A program made the position numbers and the translations under genes. From Chloroflexota bacterium (lineage in GTDB: Bacteria > Chloroflexota > Dormibacteria > CF-121), in assembly GCA_005889225.1 (NCBI GenBank), contig VBEW01000078.1, positions 703 to 64,702 on the forward strand: DNA of 64,000 nucleotides. The letters run 5' to 3'. Within the stretch, counting starts at the first letter, position 1. Each line of letters begins with the position of its first letter. This document shows, in pieces, positions 53,733 through 63,920 of the stretch. The notes under the pieces were generated by a model that worked only from the letters and a program-made list of their open reading frames with translations, was not told the origin of the DNA and ran no database searches.

Positions 53733-54659
53733 ATGAGAGCCGCCGTTTGTACGGCGTACGGGCCGCCCGAGGTGCTCCATATCAGGACTGTGCCCGACCC
53801 GCGTCCCAGGGACAAGGAAGTGTGTATCCGGCTTTTCGCGACCGCGGTCACAGCCAGTGACTGCATCGTGAGAGGCCTCAAGCTGCGCGGCATCTACCGG
53901 CTCTTGATGCGAGCGGCGTTCGGCATCAGGGCACCGCGGAAGGGGATCATCGGCATGATCGCGGCCGGCGAGATCGAGTCGGTCGGCCGCGAGGTAACCT
54001 CCTTCAAGCCAGGTGACCAGGTGTTCGGAATGGACGGTTTCCGCGCCGGTACATACGCCGAGAAGGTGTGCTGGCCGGCGAGCTCGGCGCTCGCGCTTCG
54101 ACCTGCAAACTTCACGTACGAGGAATCCGCCGCCCTACCCTACGGCGGGCTGATCGCCTCGTTCTTCGTGCGTCGGCTGAAGCTTCAGAAGGGCCAGCGG
54201 GTGCTGGTCTATGGAGCGTCGGGGGCGATCGGCACGTCCGCGGTCCAGCTGGCAAGGAATCTCGGTGCCGAGGTGACCGGCGTCTGCAGCACCGCGAACC
54301 TCGAGCTTGTGCGGTCGCTGGGTGCGACATCGGTGATCGACTACACGAAGGACGACTTCACGCAGGGCGGCAGGCGTTACGACGTCATCTTCGACGCCGT
54401 TGGCAAACGGAAAAGTGCGAAGTCAATGCTCAACGCCGGCGCGGCACTCGCATCGGGCGGACTATCGATGTCCGTCGATGACGCGTTCCCGAGGACCAAG
54501 AAGTCAGACCTGTTGGTGCTGAAGGAACTCGCCGAGAGCGGCGCGTTTCGGCCGGTGATCGACCGCCGCTACACGCTGGCTGAGATTGTGGAGGCGCACC
54601 GCTACGTCGATCTGGGTCACAAGAAGGGCAACGTGATCGTCACCATCTCACCACGCTGA
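53733..54659 (+). CDS. NAD(P)-dependent oxidoreductase, MDR (quinone oxidoreductase/ADH-like)
   Basis: The Rossmann motif reads VLVYGASGAIGTSAVQLA. Confidence 0.8.
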   Translation: MRAAVCTAYGPPEVLHIRTVPDPRPRDKEVCIRLFATAVTASDCIVRGLKLRGIYRLLMRAAFGIRAPRKGIIGMIAAGEIESVGREVTSFKPGDQVFGMDGFRAGTYAEKVCWPASSALALRPANFTYEESAALPYGGLIASFFVRRLKLQKGQRVLVYGASGAIGTSAVQLARNLGAEVTGVCSTANLELVRSLGATSVIDYTKDDFTQGGRRYDVIFDAVGKRKSAKSMLNAGAALASGGLSMSVDDAFPRTKKSDLLVLKELAESGAFRPVIDRRYTLAEIVEAHRYVDLGHKKGNVIVTISPR

Positions 54660-55055
54660 TTCAAAGTTATCAAGGGATCACAGCGATATGGATGACGGCC
54701 GAGGGCGGCCGACTCGATGGGAACCAACGATGATCGGCATCGTCAGTGCGAGCCCGACTGCGAGCATGCTTGCGAGTACGAACAACAAACCCGACACCTG
54801 GACTAGCCTGGCGATCGTGTTGCCAAGATCCAGCGCAAGCATTGGCGCAAGAACGTTCACAGAGTTACGATGGTCGCCCTCGAAAGAGAGGTGTCCAACG
54901 GCGTAGCGCGAGTCTTTTGTCGCGGCGCCGGAACCGAACATATGCGCCGCCCAGTCTTAGCAGGCCATTAAAACGTCGCACCATCTCGCCGTCAATTGGC
55001 AGCGCTACATGGTGCTTGACGCGAGTGGGCGAATGGTCTAGGCTGCAACGAACGC

Positions 55056-55508
55056 GTGGACTCCTCCCAGGGTGAATCGCAGGCCGGGCGCAAGCCCGAC
55101 GCGGCACAGATCCGGGTCTTGATCGTAGAAGATCATGCCGTCGTCGCTCAAGCGCTCTCGGCGATGCTCGAGGCCGACGCCGGTATCAAGGTCGTAGGAC
55201 GCTTTGGTAGTGTCGCTGGCGCAATCGAAGGGGCCCGGCGCGCGGCCCCCGATGTTGTCCTGCTGGACTATCGGCTGCCGGATGGCACCGGTGCCGAGGC
55301 GACCGCCGCGATCCGGCGACAAGTGGATCCGCCAGCGATCCTCCTGCTCAGTGCTGAAAACACAGAGGAGGCACGACGCCGGTGCTTCGAGTCTGGTGCC
55401 TGCGATTTCCTTCTCAAATCTGCAGACGTCGCCGAAATCCCGCGGGCGATCCGTCAGGCGGCGTTCGGCAAGGTCCCGTCGCCCCGTCTCGTACCAGCGC
55501 TGCGCTAG
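55056..55508 (+). CDS. stand-alone response-regulator receiver (NarL-class, no output domain)
   Basis: GTG start; reads RVLIVEDHAVV...VVLLDYRLPDGTG...LLLSA...FLLKS, so all canonical receiver residues are present. Confidence 0.7.
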   Translation: MDSSQGESQAGRKPDAAQIRVLIVEDHAVVAQALSAMLEADAGIKVVGRFGSVAGAIEGARRAAPDVVLLDYRLPDGTGAEATAAIRRQVDPPAILLLSAENTEEARRRCFESGACDFLLKSADVAEIPRAIRQAAFGKVPSPRLVPALR

Positions 55509-55910
55509 TCGGCGGCTGGTTCGTCAGGCCCGGGTTCCGGCTCCAGGCCGCAAGACGCCTGAACCGAGACCCAGCTTAAGGTAATCCTTTCGGCACTTCC
55601 ACGCGCCGCAAATTCTTGTAATCGTGGGTGTGGGCGGTGCATAGTACGCGAGTGCCTTTGGGTGTCGCGTTGGCACTACCCAACTTCCCCCGGACTTGGG
55701 CCGCGATCGTGAGACCTGCGGCCCAGTCATGCGTTCCGATCCCGTGCGGCGGCGGCCTGCTCGGCAGCGAACTCATCCGGGTTGCGGCGCACGGTACACA
55801 GTCAATCACTCCACGTCCCCAGATCGTTCCCTTGCCTTCTGACAGGTAGGACCGGCCTGATCCGATCGACCCTGTCGAAACCAACTGCTGGGTGCGACTC
55901 TCATAGGTAG

Positions 55911-57995
55911 ATGCCCTACGAAAGTGGCAGCGCCCACGGGCACGCGGCACAATACTCCCTAGAGGAGGGGGTTTGGGTGCCTGCGGTAAAAAGCTCGGCT
56001 CGCAACCAGGCAGTCGTTGCAACGCGTCTTCACAAGGCACTCGAAGCAGAACACCACCGAGCGTTCATAAGATCGCTCAGACAGCTTCTGACGGCGCGCG
56101 ACCGCACCACGCTTCTGCGGGAAGCGATCGTCATCTTGAAATGGTCGGTCCGACCGAAATCGGTCGCAATTCTGACACCCCATGGCAGCGACCACGCATT
56201 CGCAATCGCCGCGGCCGAGGGGGTGGTCTGGAAACCGAAGAGGTCGACGGCGCCGTCGACTCTGGCGCGCCTCCTTGCGAGAGGGCTGCGCCTGCGCCGA
56301 CCAATGATAATTCCCGACTTGATCGTGCCGCCCGTAACGAAAACGAGGCGGCATCATCGGCAACCTTCTTATGCCCGAGGCATGCTCGTACCAATTACTG
56401 GTATTTCTCGGCGCTTTGGCCTGCTGACGCTTCGGTCGCGACGCGATACGCCATTCGGCGCAGCTGACGCCCGGGTTGCCGGCGCCGTCGCCGATTTGCT
56501 TTCACTTGCCCTCAAGCGGTTCGACAAAGCTGAGCAACTTCGGGAGCACGCGCGCCGCTACCGGCGCCTGGTCGATGGCGCCGGCGAAGTCATCTTTCGC
56601 GCTTCCCTCATCCCGGAGCCTCGGATCGGTTACGTGAGCCCGTCTATCAAGATCCTCACTGGGTACACGGCCTCCGAGTTCTACGCCAACCCGCGGCTCC
56701 TCACTCGGCTAATCCATGCCGAGGACATGCCGGATCTCCTTGCTAAGCTCGAACATCCTGAACAGATCGTGGGTCGGATCCGGCTGCGCCTCATCGGCAA
56801 AGATGGGCGGCGCAGCTGGGTGTCGGTGGCGAGCGTGCCAATTTATGACCGGAGGGCAAGGCTGATAGGAGTGCAGGGTAGCGCCTGTGAGATTTTCGAC
56901 CCCGTTGTCGCGGGGGAGCAATTTCGCGCGGCGTCCGAATCGATGGAGGCCATCCTGCAAGGTCGCCGGGGCGAGACCGTGCTGCGCATCATCGTCCATC
57001 ACCTCCGTTACGTACTGGATGCGGACGAGGTGCTGATTGCGGCGGCCGGCGGAGGCAAGTCCTCGCTGACGATCATCTGCCACGATGGCACGAATCTGCG
57101 CGGCCACCGGACTGGCGGCACGGTGTCGCGAACTGATCCACTGGTTGGTCGTGCGCTTAAGGCTGATCGGCCAATTGTGACCGGACGAGGTATCGCCACG
57201 GCGATACCGTGGTCGAGCGGCAAGCCTGGGGTGCTCATCGCAGGGGGGGTGGCCGGCGACGAAGTGCACCTCGCAAAAGCTGTTGGAGCGGTCGAGCGTT
57301 TCGCGCGCGAGATCGGTACGACCCTCGAATCCATGCGGGTGCACCAGTCATATCTCCGGCAGGCTATCCAGGAGGATCGGTCGCGTATTGCGCGAGAGCT
57401 CCACGATGGGATCGTTCAGTCGCTGTACGCCCTGGAAATGGTTTTGCAGATGAATGCCGCCTCCGTTCCAGACCCGGCGCGCGGCCGTGTCTCCCAAGCC
57501 GCAGCTGGCATTCGTGAGGCGATTCAAGACATTCAGCAATACGTCTTCGATCTGGAGCCTAGCGTGCTCAGCGACGGTGGACTCGCAAATTCACTCCAGC
57601 GCCTGGCCGTGGAGTTCGAGGCGAGCTCGCGGATTATCGTCAGCCTCCACAGCGAGCCGGATGCGGTCGCCTCGCTCGAACCGGTTGCGACTCACGTGCT
57701 CCAAATCGTACGCGAGGCCCTATCGAATGTCCGGCGTCACTCGCACGCCCGGAGCGCCGGGGTCACCATACGGACGGTTGGTCGGCGGATAAAGCTCGAA
57801 ATCAACGATGATGGCCGCGGTTTCAGCCAGGAGGCCGCACAGGGCCTCGGAATGCGGAACCTTCGAACGCGTGCCAGGCTGCTGGGTGGGAAATTGGAGT
57901 TGAAGTCAGATTCGAAACATGGGTCACTCGTCCGCCTTACGGTTCCGTCGGCGGCGCGTGAGTCCCCACCGGATTCGGTCTCGCTATCCTCCTGA
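55911..57995 (+). CDS. sensor histidine kinase, GAF/PAS - HisKA_3 - HATPase (NarL-family partner)
   Basis: The H-box reads RIARELHDGIVQSLYAL, and HATPase_c (NDDGRGF...GLGMRNLRTRARLLGG) is present; 694 aa. Confidence 0.8.
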   Translation: MPYESGSAHGHAAQYSLEEGVWVPAVKSSARNQAVVATRLHKALEAEHHRAFIRSLRQLLTARDRTTLLREAIVILKWSVRPKSVAILTPHGSDHAFAIAAAEGVVWKPKRSTAPSTLARLLARGLRLRRPMIIPDLIVPPVTKTRRHHRQPSYARGMLVPITGISRRFGLLTLRSRRDTPFGAADARVAGAVADLLSLALKRFDKAEQLREHARRYRRLVDGAGEVIFRASLIPEPRIGYVSPSIKILTGYTASEFYANPRLLTRLIHAEDMPDLLAKLEHPEQIVGRIRLRLIGKDGRRSWVSVASVPIYDRRARLIGVQGSACEIFDPVVAGEQFRAASESMEAILQGRRGETVLRIIVHHLRYVLDADEVLIAAAGGGKSSLTIICHDGTNLRGHRTGGTVSRTDPLVGRALKADRPIVTGRGIATAIPWSSGKPGVLIAGGVAGDEVHLAKAVGAVERFAREIGTTLESMRVHQSYLRQAIQEDRSRIARELHDGIVQSLYALEMVLQMNAASVPDPARGRVSQAAAGIREAIQDIQQYVFDLEPSVLSDGGLANSLQRLAVEFEASSRIIVSLHSEPDAVASLEPVATHVLQIVREALSNVRRHSHARSAGVTIRTVGRRIKLEINDDGRGFSQEAAQGLGMRNLRTRARLLGGKLELKSDSKHGSLVRLTVPSAARESPPDSVSLSS

Positions 57996-58407
57996 CCGCC
58001 GAGCATCGTCCTGCGCAGTGCCTATTGGTTGGGGCTCCGTACGTTATCGCCAGGGCCACAACCGGGCCGACAGGTTGTGGTCTACCGGGGGCGCCGGCCT
58101 GGGTGTCAAACCCAGACCGGCGAAGCCAATGAGGAGCGGCTGCTGGGGTTGCTTATCCACAGTGATGACGGCGGGACCGAGAGTGATGCGGGGTTGCCGA
58201 CCGTTGTCGCCCGTCGTCAGATGAAGATCCAGAGAGCTTCTCGAGCTGCCGATCGGAGCCGCCAATACCGCTGCAAGCGGGAGGGCAGGTACGTTCATCG
58301 ACGATCCAAGCATGCAATTGGTAGGCGGACCGCCTCTAGTGCCGAAGGACACGACTGAGAGGTACGGCGCTCAGGTCTACCCGGGTATCGAAGGGCCTAC
58401 CGGCTGA

Positions 58408-59058
58408 TTACCCAAATGGATTGCGATGCTGAGCCACATAGGCTGCGGCTTCTGTCCGCCGCGCGACTTCCAGCTTGCCGAGGATTGTCGAGACATGATT
58501 CTTGACCGTCTTCTCCGAAATGTGAATGTCCCGCGCAATCTGCGCGTTCGTTTTGCCGGTCGCCAGGAGGCCCAGGATCTGATCCTCGCGAGCAGTAAGC
58601 CGCGAGAGCTTTTCGTCCCTGGCAAACACCGGGCTTTGACGGACACGAGTGAGGACCTGCCGAGTTACGGATGGATCGAGGAGACTCTCGCCCTGACCTA
58701 CGCGCCGCACCGCCCGGATCAGCTCACTCGGAGTGGCGGTCTTCAGCATATAACCCGCCGCTCCCGCCATGATGGATGCGAAGAGCGCTTCGTCGTCCGG
58801 ATAGGAGGTCAGCATCAGCACATTACTCCTCGGGACTCGGGACTGGATTTCGCGCGTAGCTTCGATTCCGCTCCCGTTCGCGAGGCGAACGTCCATAAGG
58901 ACGACATCGGGTTGTGCACGCACAGTTGCGGCGACTGCGTTCGGCACATCGCGCGCTTCGGCCACGACTCGGATGTCGGGTTCCGCCTCGAGGACCAGAC
59001 GGATGCCTGCGCGTACCACATCGTGGTCTTCGGCAACGAGCACTCTCACGTCAGCCAA
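58408..59058 (-). CDS. response regulator, NarL/LuxR family (REC + HTH)
   Basis: The REC domain reads RVLVAEDHDVV...VVLMDVRL... and the LuxR HTH reads LTAREDQILGLLATGKTNAQIARDIHISEKTVKNHV. Probable TTG start. Confidence 0.85.
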   Translation of the reverse strand: MADVRVLVAEDHDVVRAGIRLVLEAEPDIRVVAEARDVPNAVAATVRAQPDVVLMDVRLANGSGIEATREIQSRVPRSNVLMLTSYPDDEALFASIMAGAAGYMLKTATPSELIRAVRRVGQGESLLDPSVTRQVLTRVRQSPVFARDEKLSRLTAREDQILGLLATGKTNAQIARDIHISEKTVKNHVSTILGKLEVARRTEAAAYVAQHRNPFG

Positions 59059-59191
59059 CCGTTTCGCAAGCCCCCCACCACGCAGCTCTTGCGGGTCAAA
59101 TGGATCGGCTCATCAGCGAGCCGACCAACCCGACGTGGAGCATAGCGCGGATTGCGGAAAGATGTCCTCCGTATTGGTACGGATTTCTTGA

Positions 59192-59272
59192 TCAAAGACC
59201 GCACAAATTCCCCACAGTGCGCTTACCGATGTATAGCTGCTCGGCGATATCACGCGCGGTAAGCGATTGCAT
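59192..59272 (-). pseudogene. 26-aa LuxR-type HTH remnant
   Basis: The minus strand reads MQSLTARDIAEQLYIGKRTVGNLCGL*, which resembles the C-terminal HTH of the adjacent NarL-type regulator. Confidence 0.25.
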
Positions 59273-59337
59273 GAGGTTCGCGTGGGGGTCAACGTCGGTT
59301 GCAGCAGCGCGACGCGCAGGTTGCAAGGGTTTGCGGA

Positions 59338-59604
59338 TTACGCTCCGTGCAGGATCTTGCCTCTTTCCGTGTCGAATTCTTGTTGTGTCAAGACGCCTTG
59401 GTCCAGCATCTTCTTAAGCTTTCCTAACGTAGCTATCTTGGCAGCTTCCATCTGCTCAGTATGCGTCTGCTTCTGCATCTGCGCCATTTGAGCGTCCTGT
59501 TGTGCCTCATGCGCGGACGTCTTCGCGGCCGCATGACCGGCAACGGCTCCGACTGTGCCTGCGACGACGGCCGTCCGCAATAGGGGTCGCCTTCGAATCA
59601 ACAT
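59338..59604 (-). CDS. SHOCT-domain protein
   Basis: The C-terminus reads LGKLKKMLDQGVLTQQEFDTERGKIL, and there is an N-terminal hydrophobic segment. Confidence 0.55.
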   Translation of the reverse strand: MLIRRRPLLRTAVVAGTVGAVAGHAAAKTSAHEAQQDAQMAQMQKQTHTEQMEAAKIATLGKLKKMLDQGVLTQQEFDTERGKILHGA

Positions 59605-59785
59605 TGGCGTTCTCTCCTAGGTGCTTGTGGGGGATTCCGACAGCTTGGCAGGTGCCCCCCTGTCCCACGGAAGTGCCGAAGGGACCTTGAAGGTTAGGCC
59701 CTAAATCCGCCGTTGGGCACTAGGAAGCACGCTGGCCTTCATGGCAAGGTCTGAGCAGTCGAATCTGACGATAAGGGAGGTAGTA

Positions 59786-60223
59786 ATGAAAACGAGGGCC
59801 GCGACTCCGTTGCGACGACGCAGCCGGACGGCAGCATTTCCATCAGAGGAGGATCTGATCTCGGTACTTTTCATCGAGGATGACGCGCATCTTGCTGAGA
59901 TGTATCGACTCAAGCTCGAGACGGACGGTTACCAGGTGACGATCGCCGAGTCCGAGGAAAGCGTCAAGCAGGTGCTTCCCGACCTGATCTATCTCGACAT
60001 CCGAGCTCCGCATCGCGACCGGGTCCGCGTTCTGCGACGGCTCCGAGCTCACGACGCCACAAAGCCGATTCCCGTTGTCATCTTGTCGGACTACCCTGAG
60101 CAAGAACTCATCGACGCCGGTGCCGACCTCGGTGTGGGTGAATACGTCGTCAGATCCGCTGGCCCAACGAGCCTTAGTCAAGGGATCGAGGAATGGGGCA
60201 CACAGCGCACGGAAGTCGACTGA
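59786..60223 (+). CDS. single-domain response-regulator receiver (divergent; paralogue of 11125..11529)
   Basis: ATG behind a GGGAGG RBS. It shares the unusual AEMYRLKLExDGY motif with the other receiver. Asp is present (LIYLDIRAP), but the conserved Lys position is Arg (YVVRSAGP). Confidence 0.6.
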   Translation: MKTRAATPLRRRSRTAAFPSEEDLISVLFIEDDAHLAEMYRLKLETDGYQVTIAESEESVKQVLPDLIYLDIRAPHRDRVRVLRRLRAHDATKPIPVVILSDYPEQELIDAGADLGVGEYVVRSAGPTSLSQGIEEWGTQRTEVD

Positions 60224-60295
60224 CGCCGGCGGGGCCAGCGCAGAGAGGACGGCTTCCCCGGTGCACTGGCTCCCGTTCGAGTCAAACGCAGGCGC

Positions 60296-60742
60296 CTATT
60301 CGATCTCCCGGTTTACGGCGAGCGCATAAATAACGATCACGTCGACCGAAATGATGATCAGCGCCCAGATCGGGAAGATCGCGATAATCGTCAGTTGGGC
60401 GAGGGCGTTCACCACTGTAAGGATGATCCCCACGATGCGCGCCCAGATGCTGCCGCTGAATAGGCCGAACCCAGTCGCGATCAGAAGTACGCCGACGACC
60501 AGATTCCACCACCCCCAGGCCTGTAGGTTGCCTACTAGGAGGTTGTAGTGCGCGCCGTAGTATCCGGCATTGAAGAGGGCAACGAGCCCGTCAATGAATG
60601 TAAAACCTCCTACCAAGACCAACATGGTTGCCGCGAAGATGACCCAGCCGGACCACGCGGTGCTCCGAGTGCCGGCGGGATAGTCGGCGCTCGAGTAACC
60701 CTGCCCAGCCCCTGACATCCCCTGTCGCGTAGATGTAGACAT
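60296..60742 (-). CDS. hypothetical membrane protein (4 TMS)
   Basis: A 148-aa protein with a Gly/Ser-rich N-terminus followed by four hydrophobic helices. Confidence 0.5.
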   Translation of the reverse strand: MSTSTRQGMSGAGQGYSSADYPAGTRSTAWSGWVIFAATMLVLVGGFTFIDGLVALFNAGYYGAHYNLLVGNLQAWGWWNLVVGVLLIATGFGLFSGSIWARIVGIILTVVNALAQLTIIAIFPIWALIIISVDVIVIYALAVNREIE

Positions 60743-61092
60743 TCCGCTACCTCCTCACATAAATTTGTCCGATGCCGTCCAAGCACAAGCTAGCGGCAAG
60801 GCGAGCCGGCAAAAAGTGCTGAAGGACCTAGATCCCATGGGATCGCGGCCCGCGCGTCGTTACGCCTCAGGCGACGGTGAGGGTGGCGGTGCCGTCCGCG
60901 ATTTCGCCCAGGCCAGCGCACTCACTGTGGATTACGGTCGGCTGATGGCTGACAAGCCGATGATCGCGACCCATGCGATTGTTGTCGCATAGATCATCCA
61001 GCCGACGGCCGCGACGACAGAGCGGGAGAGCCTCCGTGCGCCCCGGCGGCGCCGCCACTGCCGGCTTCGTCGCCCAGCCGTATCGACTTTGC

Positions 61093-61500
61093 TCAAACCG
61101 ACCACCCGTTCGCCTGCAGTAGCTCCCGCTTGGCGGTCGCGAACTCACCTTCGGTTAGTGTTCCAACTCGGCGGAGCTCGTTGAGTTCCTGGATGCGTGC
61201 CAGCCGACGGGCCGTCGTGGCTTCACCTCGCCGAAGGCTGGGCAGCTCAGTATCAGCGACCAGCTGTGCGTTCGCTTCGGACAGGGCCGCCTGGAGCCGC
61301 GCTGGCCACAGGTGCTCGACGACCACGACGGCAACCGCCGACCGACGATCGTCATTTCGCGAGAGGACCTCGAGGTCACAGATTCGCAGGATGCCGTCTC
61401 GGGCAAGATCATCGAGGACCGAAACGATGACCTCGGCGGAGCGAGCCCGGCTCAAGCGGATGACGAGGACCTGAGTGGCACTGCTTACTAACGCCGGCAT
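61093..61500 (-). CDS. SHOCT-domain-containing protein
   Basis: The C-terminus reads LNELRRVGTLTEGEFATAKRELL. Confidence 0.45.
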   Translation of the reverse strand: MPALVSSATQVLVIRLSRARSAEVIVSVLDDLARDGILRICDLEVLSRNDDRRSAVAVVVVEHLWPARLQAALSEANAQLVADTELPSLRRGEATTARRLARIQELNELRRVGTLTEGEFATAKRELLQANGWSV

Positions 61501-62766
61501 GTCGATACGGTAGGTAGCGCGCCGCCGTCCTGACTAGTGCCCTGGGAATCATAAAGTGATAGGCCCTTCGACCGAATCGGCGGCTCGGAATCCTGCGTCG
61601 ACTGAGTCCTTCTAGTCCTCGCACCATTCGCAGAATGGTTCAAGAGGCGACGCTGACTGTCTGGAAATTCCGAACGCCAACGGGTGCGGCCCAGGCGGTG
61701 CAGGGGTCTCCTCTTCGGTCTCATCTTCTTCGTGCCTACCCTGAGTCTTGCGGTTGCGGCGTCCATGGCCGCACGCGTCTTACTCCAGGCTCTGCACAAC
61801 CTCGCGGGTGCCGTGACGGCCAGGCAGCCTGAGAAGAGCCCGGAGAACAACAACGGAACACCCAAGCGCCACGGCCCTTCTCAATCGCATCGATGGGAAC
61901 ATCACCAGCACCGTGCCGGCTGCCGATTCTCCGATAAGTCCGGTTAGCAGCAGCCTCCCCGCAATTCGCGGGAGCGCCCGACGCCAGGTGTAGCGGCCGG
62001 TCATCGTTGCCATTCAATGAGGCTCTCATGCCGAGTCAAGGCCGTCGAGTGCCGAAAGCCCTATCGGCGATCGGCCCGAAATGTCCGCGAACCGGTCTTT
62101 CGGGCACCCACCGTTGCAAGCGAAGCGCGTCGCCAGCCGCAGGCAAGCGACGAAGACCCGATATCGTCGAGCTGTCCTAGCACCGGGATAAAGCTCGGGA
62201 TCAGCTGGATCGGCGAGACAAACTAGGCGAGGGGGACCGCGGCGAGCACCTTCGGCAAGGGGTCCGACGCGCATCAGCGAGAAGACGTTGGGCGAGCACA
62301 ATCGTGGTGCTAATTGGCGACGACGCCTGCTCGACCCTTGCGATGCGTCGTCCGAGCCACCAGATTGCTGCGGCTGAGGCGACAGCACGGGCCGCAAACA
62401 GTGCGAGTATGGCGGCAGGTTGGCACGCGTGGCTAAGGCCAAACGACGTTGAATGACCCGGTCACCGCCTTGGATAAGGTGGGCCGTTCGGCACTCGACC
62501 GCGCCAAGCCCCTGTGAAAGGCTCGCTACCATGGCTACTCCAGTTGCGACCAGGTCGGCCGGCGTTCAAATCGTTGACTCAGCCCGGACGGATGCTTTTT
62601 GGGCGGGCTCGCGAGCGCAAGCAATGACTCGCGGTTTGGGTTTCGGCTGGACGAGCAAACCCCTGCGGACCATCGAAGTGCCGCAACCTAGCTCAGAACC
62701 GTTCGTCGTTCCTGACCCTCCTGACGAACCTGCGTTCCCATCGCCGGACGAGGTGACGTCGCCCGA

Positions 62767-63366
62767 ATGGTCGCCGGCAGCCCCCTGATGCCCGCCATCG
62801 GTTACCGCACTTGGCGCATCGAAAGGATCCATGGAGAGATGGGCGTGTGGCTCGTCTCTCCATACTGTCCAGCGTATTGGCCGCGCTCCGAGCGGCTTGA
62901 GGCGGTCTGCCGCCGGGAGCCGGGGGAGGTGATGAAACGGCGCGTTCTGCAGCCGCACCAGCAGGAACCCGACTGTGCGCCACCAGTCGCCGGGTGCGGT
63001 TGTGGAATTTACGCCTATCACGACGTCGAGACCATGCTGGGCAGCATCCATGAGCACTCGGTCGGCGGGGCCGTCCTGTGTTGGGGCCGCGTCACGATTC
63101 ATCCCGAGGGCATCCGCGTCCAATTTGCTCGTCCAATCGCGCTTTGTCTCCCCGTGCCTAGTTACCCGAACTGCGGGGTAGAGCCCGAAGCAAAACGAGT
63201 CGCCGACACGTACGGTGTGCCCTTGGTTGAGGCAGGCTATTTGGCGGCCTACGCCTCGGAGTTTGGTGACTCTTATCGGCCCGCGTCAGCTGAAGCCTGC
63301 GACGCGTCTGGCCATTTCCGGGCGAGCGGCCTGCGCAATTTCCTCAGGAAGCTAATTGATGTCTGA
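62767..63366 (+). CDS. hypothetical Cys-rich protein
   Basis: A 199-aa ORF containing GCGCGIYAY and several other Cys. No family is recognised. Confidence 0.3.
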   Translation: MVAGSPLMPAIGYRTWRIERIHGEMGVWLVSPYCPAYWPRSERLEAVCRREPGEVMKRRVLQPHQQEPDCAPPVAGCGCGIYAYHDVETMLGSIHEHSVGGAVLCWGRVTIHPEGIRVQFARPIALCLPVPSYPNCGVEPEAKRVADTYGVPLVEAGYLAAYASEFGDSYRPASAEACDASGHFRASGLRNFLRKLIDV

Positions 63367-63625
63367 GGGTCAGCGGCTGGCTGGCACGAAGATCGGGCGT
63401 CAGGCGGCCGCTAGCTGGACTGCTCCGCGAGGCCGACTCCCAGATGAGTGTGACGCGCGATCCATTGTGGCGCGAGAGGCCAACGGCTCATCCGGGCCAA
63501 TGCACGTCCCGCACCAATCTGGGCGCAATGCCTACGACCTATCGGGCCAGTCGGCAGATTGCAAGTTCGCGGCCTCGTGGTACTCTGCGCGCCTCGATAA
63601 GGCTCTGGGCGTACAAGTGAGGTGA
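63359..63625 (+). CDS. hypothetical protein (start overlaps the upstream stop: ATGTCTGA)
   Basis: An 88-aa ORF with no recognised domain. Confidence 0.2.
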   Translation: MSEGQRLAGTKIGRQAAASWTAPRGRLPDECDARSIVAREANGSSGPMHVPHQSGRNAYDLSGQSADCKFAASWYSARLDKALGVQVR

Positions 63626-63629
63626 CAGC

Positions 63630-63920
63630 TTGTGTTGTTTGGTCACGGTCCTGGCGTTCCTGGGGCCACGAGCGGGCATCCTCTTTTGGTTTCTATTCGA
63701 CCCTGTGCGCTGGCAGAACGCGTTCAGCGGGTTCCACACGTTCCTGGTGCCACTAGCCGGAGCGCTGTTTTTGCCTTGGACAACGCTCGCCTACGTTCTA
63801 GTGGCGCCCACCGGATTCGTGCGAGTCGGCGGGTGGCTCTGGATCGTCGTTGGCGTGTTGTTCGATCTCGTCAGCTATTCGGGTAGCGGCTACGGCAACC
63901 GGGGCCGTCTGGCGATGTAG
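63630..63920 (+). CDS. hypothetical small membrane protein
   Basis: TTG start, with three hydrophobic segments. Confidence 0.3.
   Translation: MCCLVTVLAFLGPRAGILFWFLFDPVRWQNAFSGFHTFLVPLAGALFLPWTTLAYVLVAPTGFVRVGGWLWIVVGVLFDLVSYSGSGYGNRGRLAM

Noticed and set aside
58029-58358. A 109-aa plus-strand ORF in the kinase/response-regulator intergenic region.
   Set aside because: It has a basic low-complexity composition and overlaps an equally unsupported minus-strand ORF. It is kept only as a note under the long-intergenic finding.
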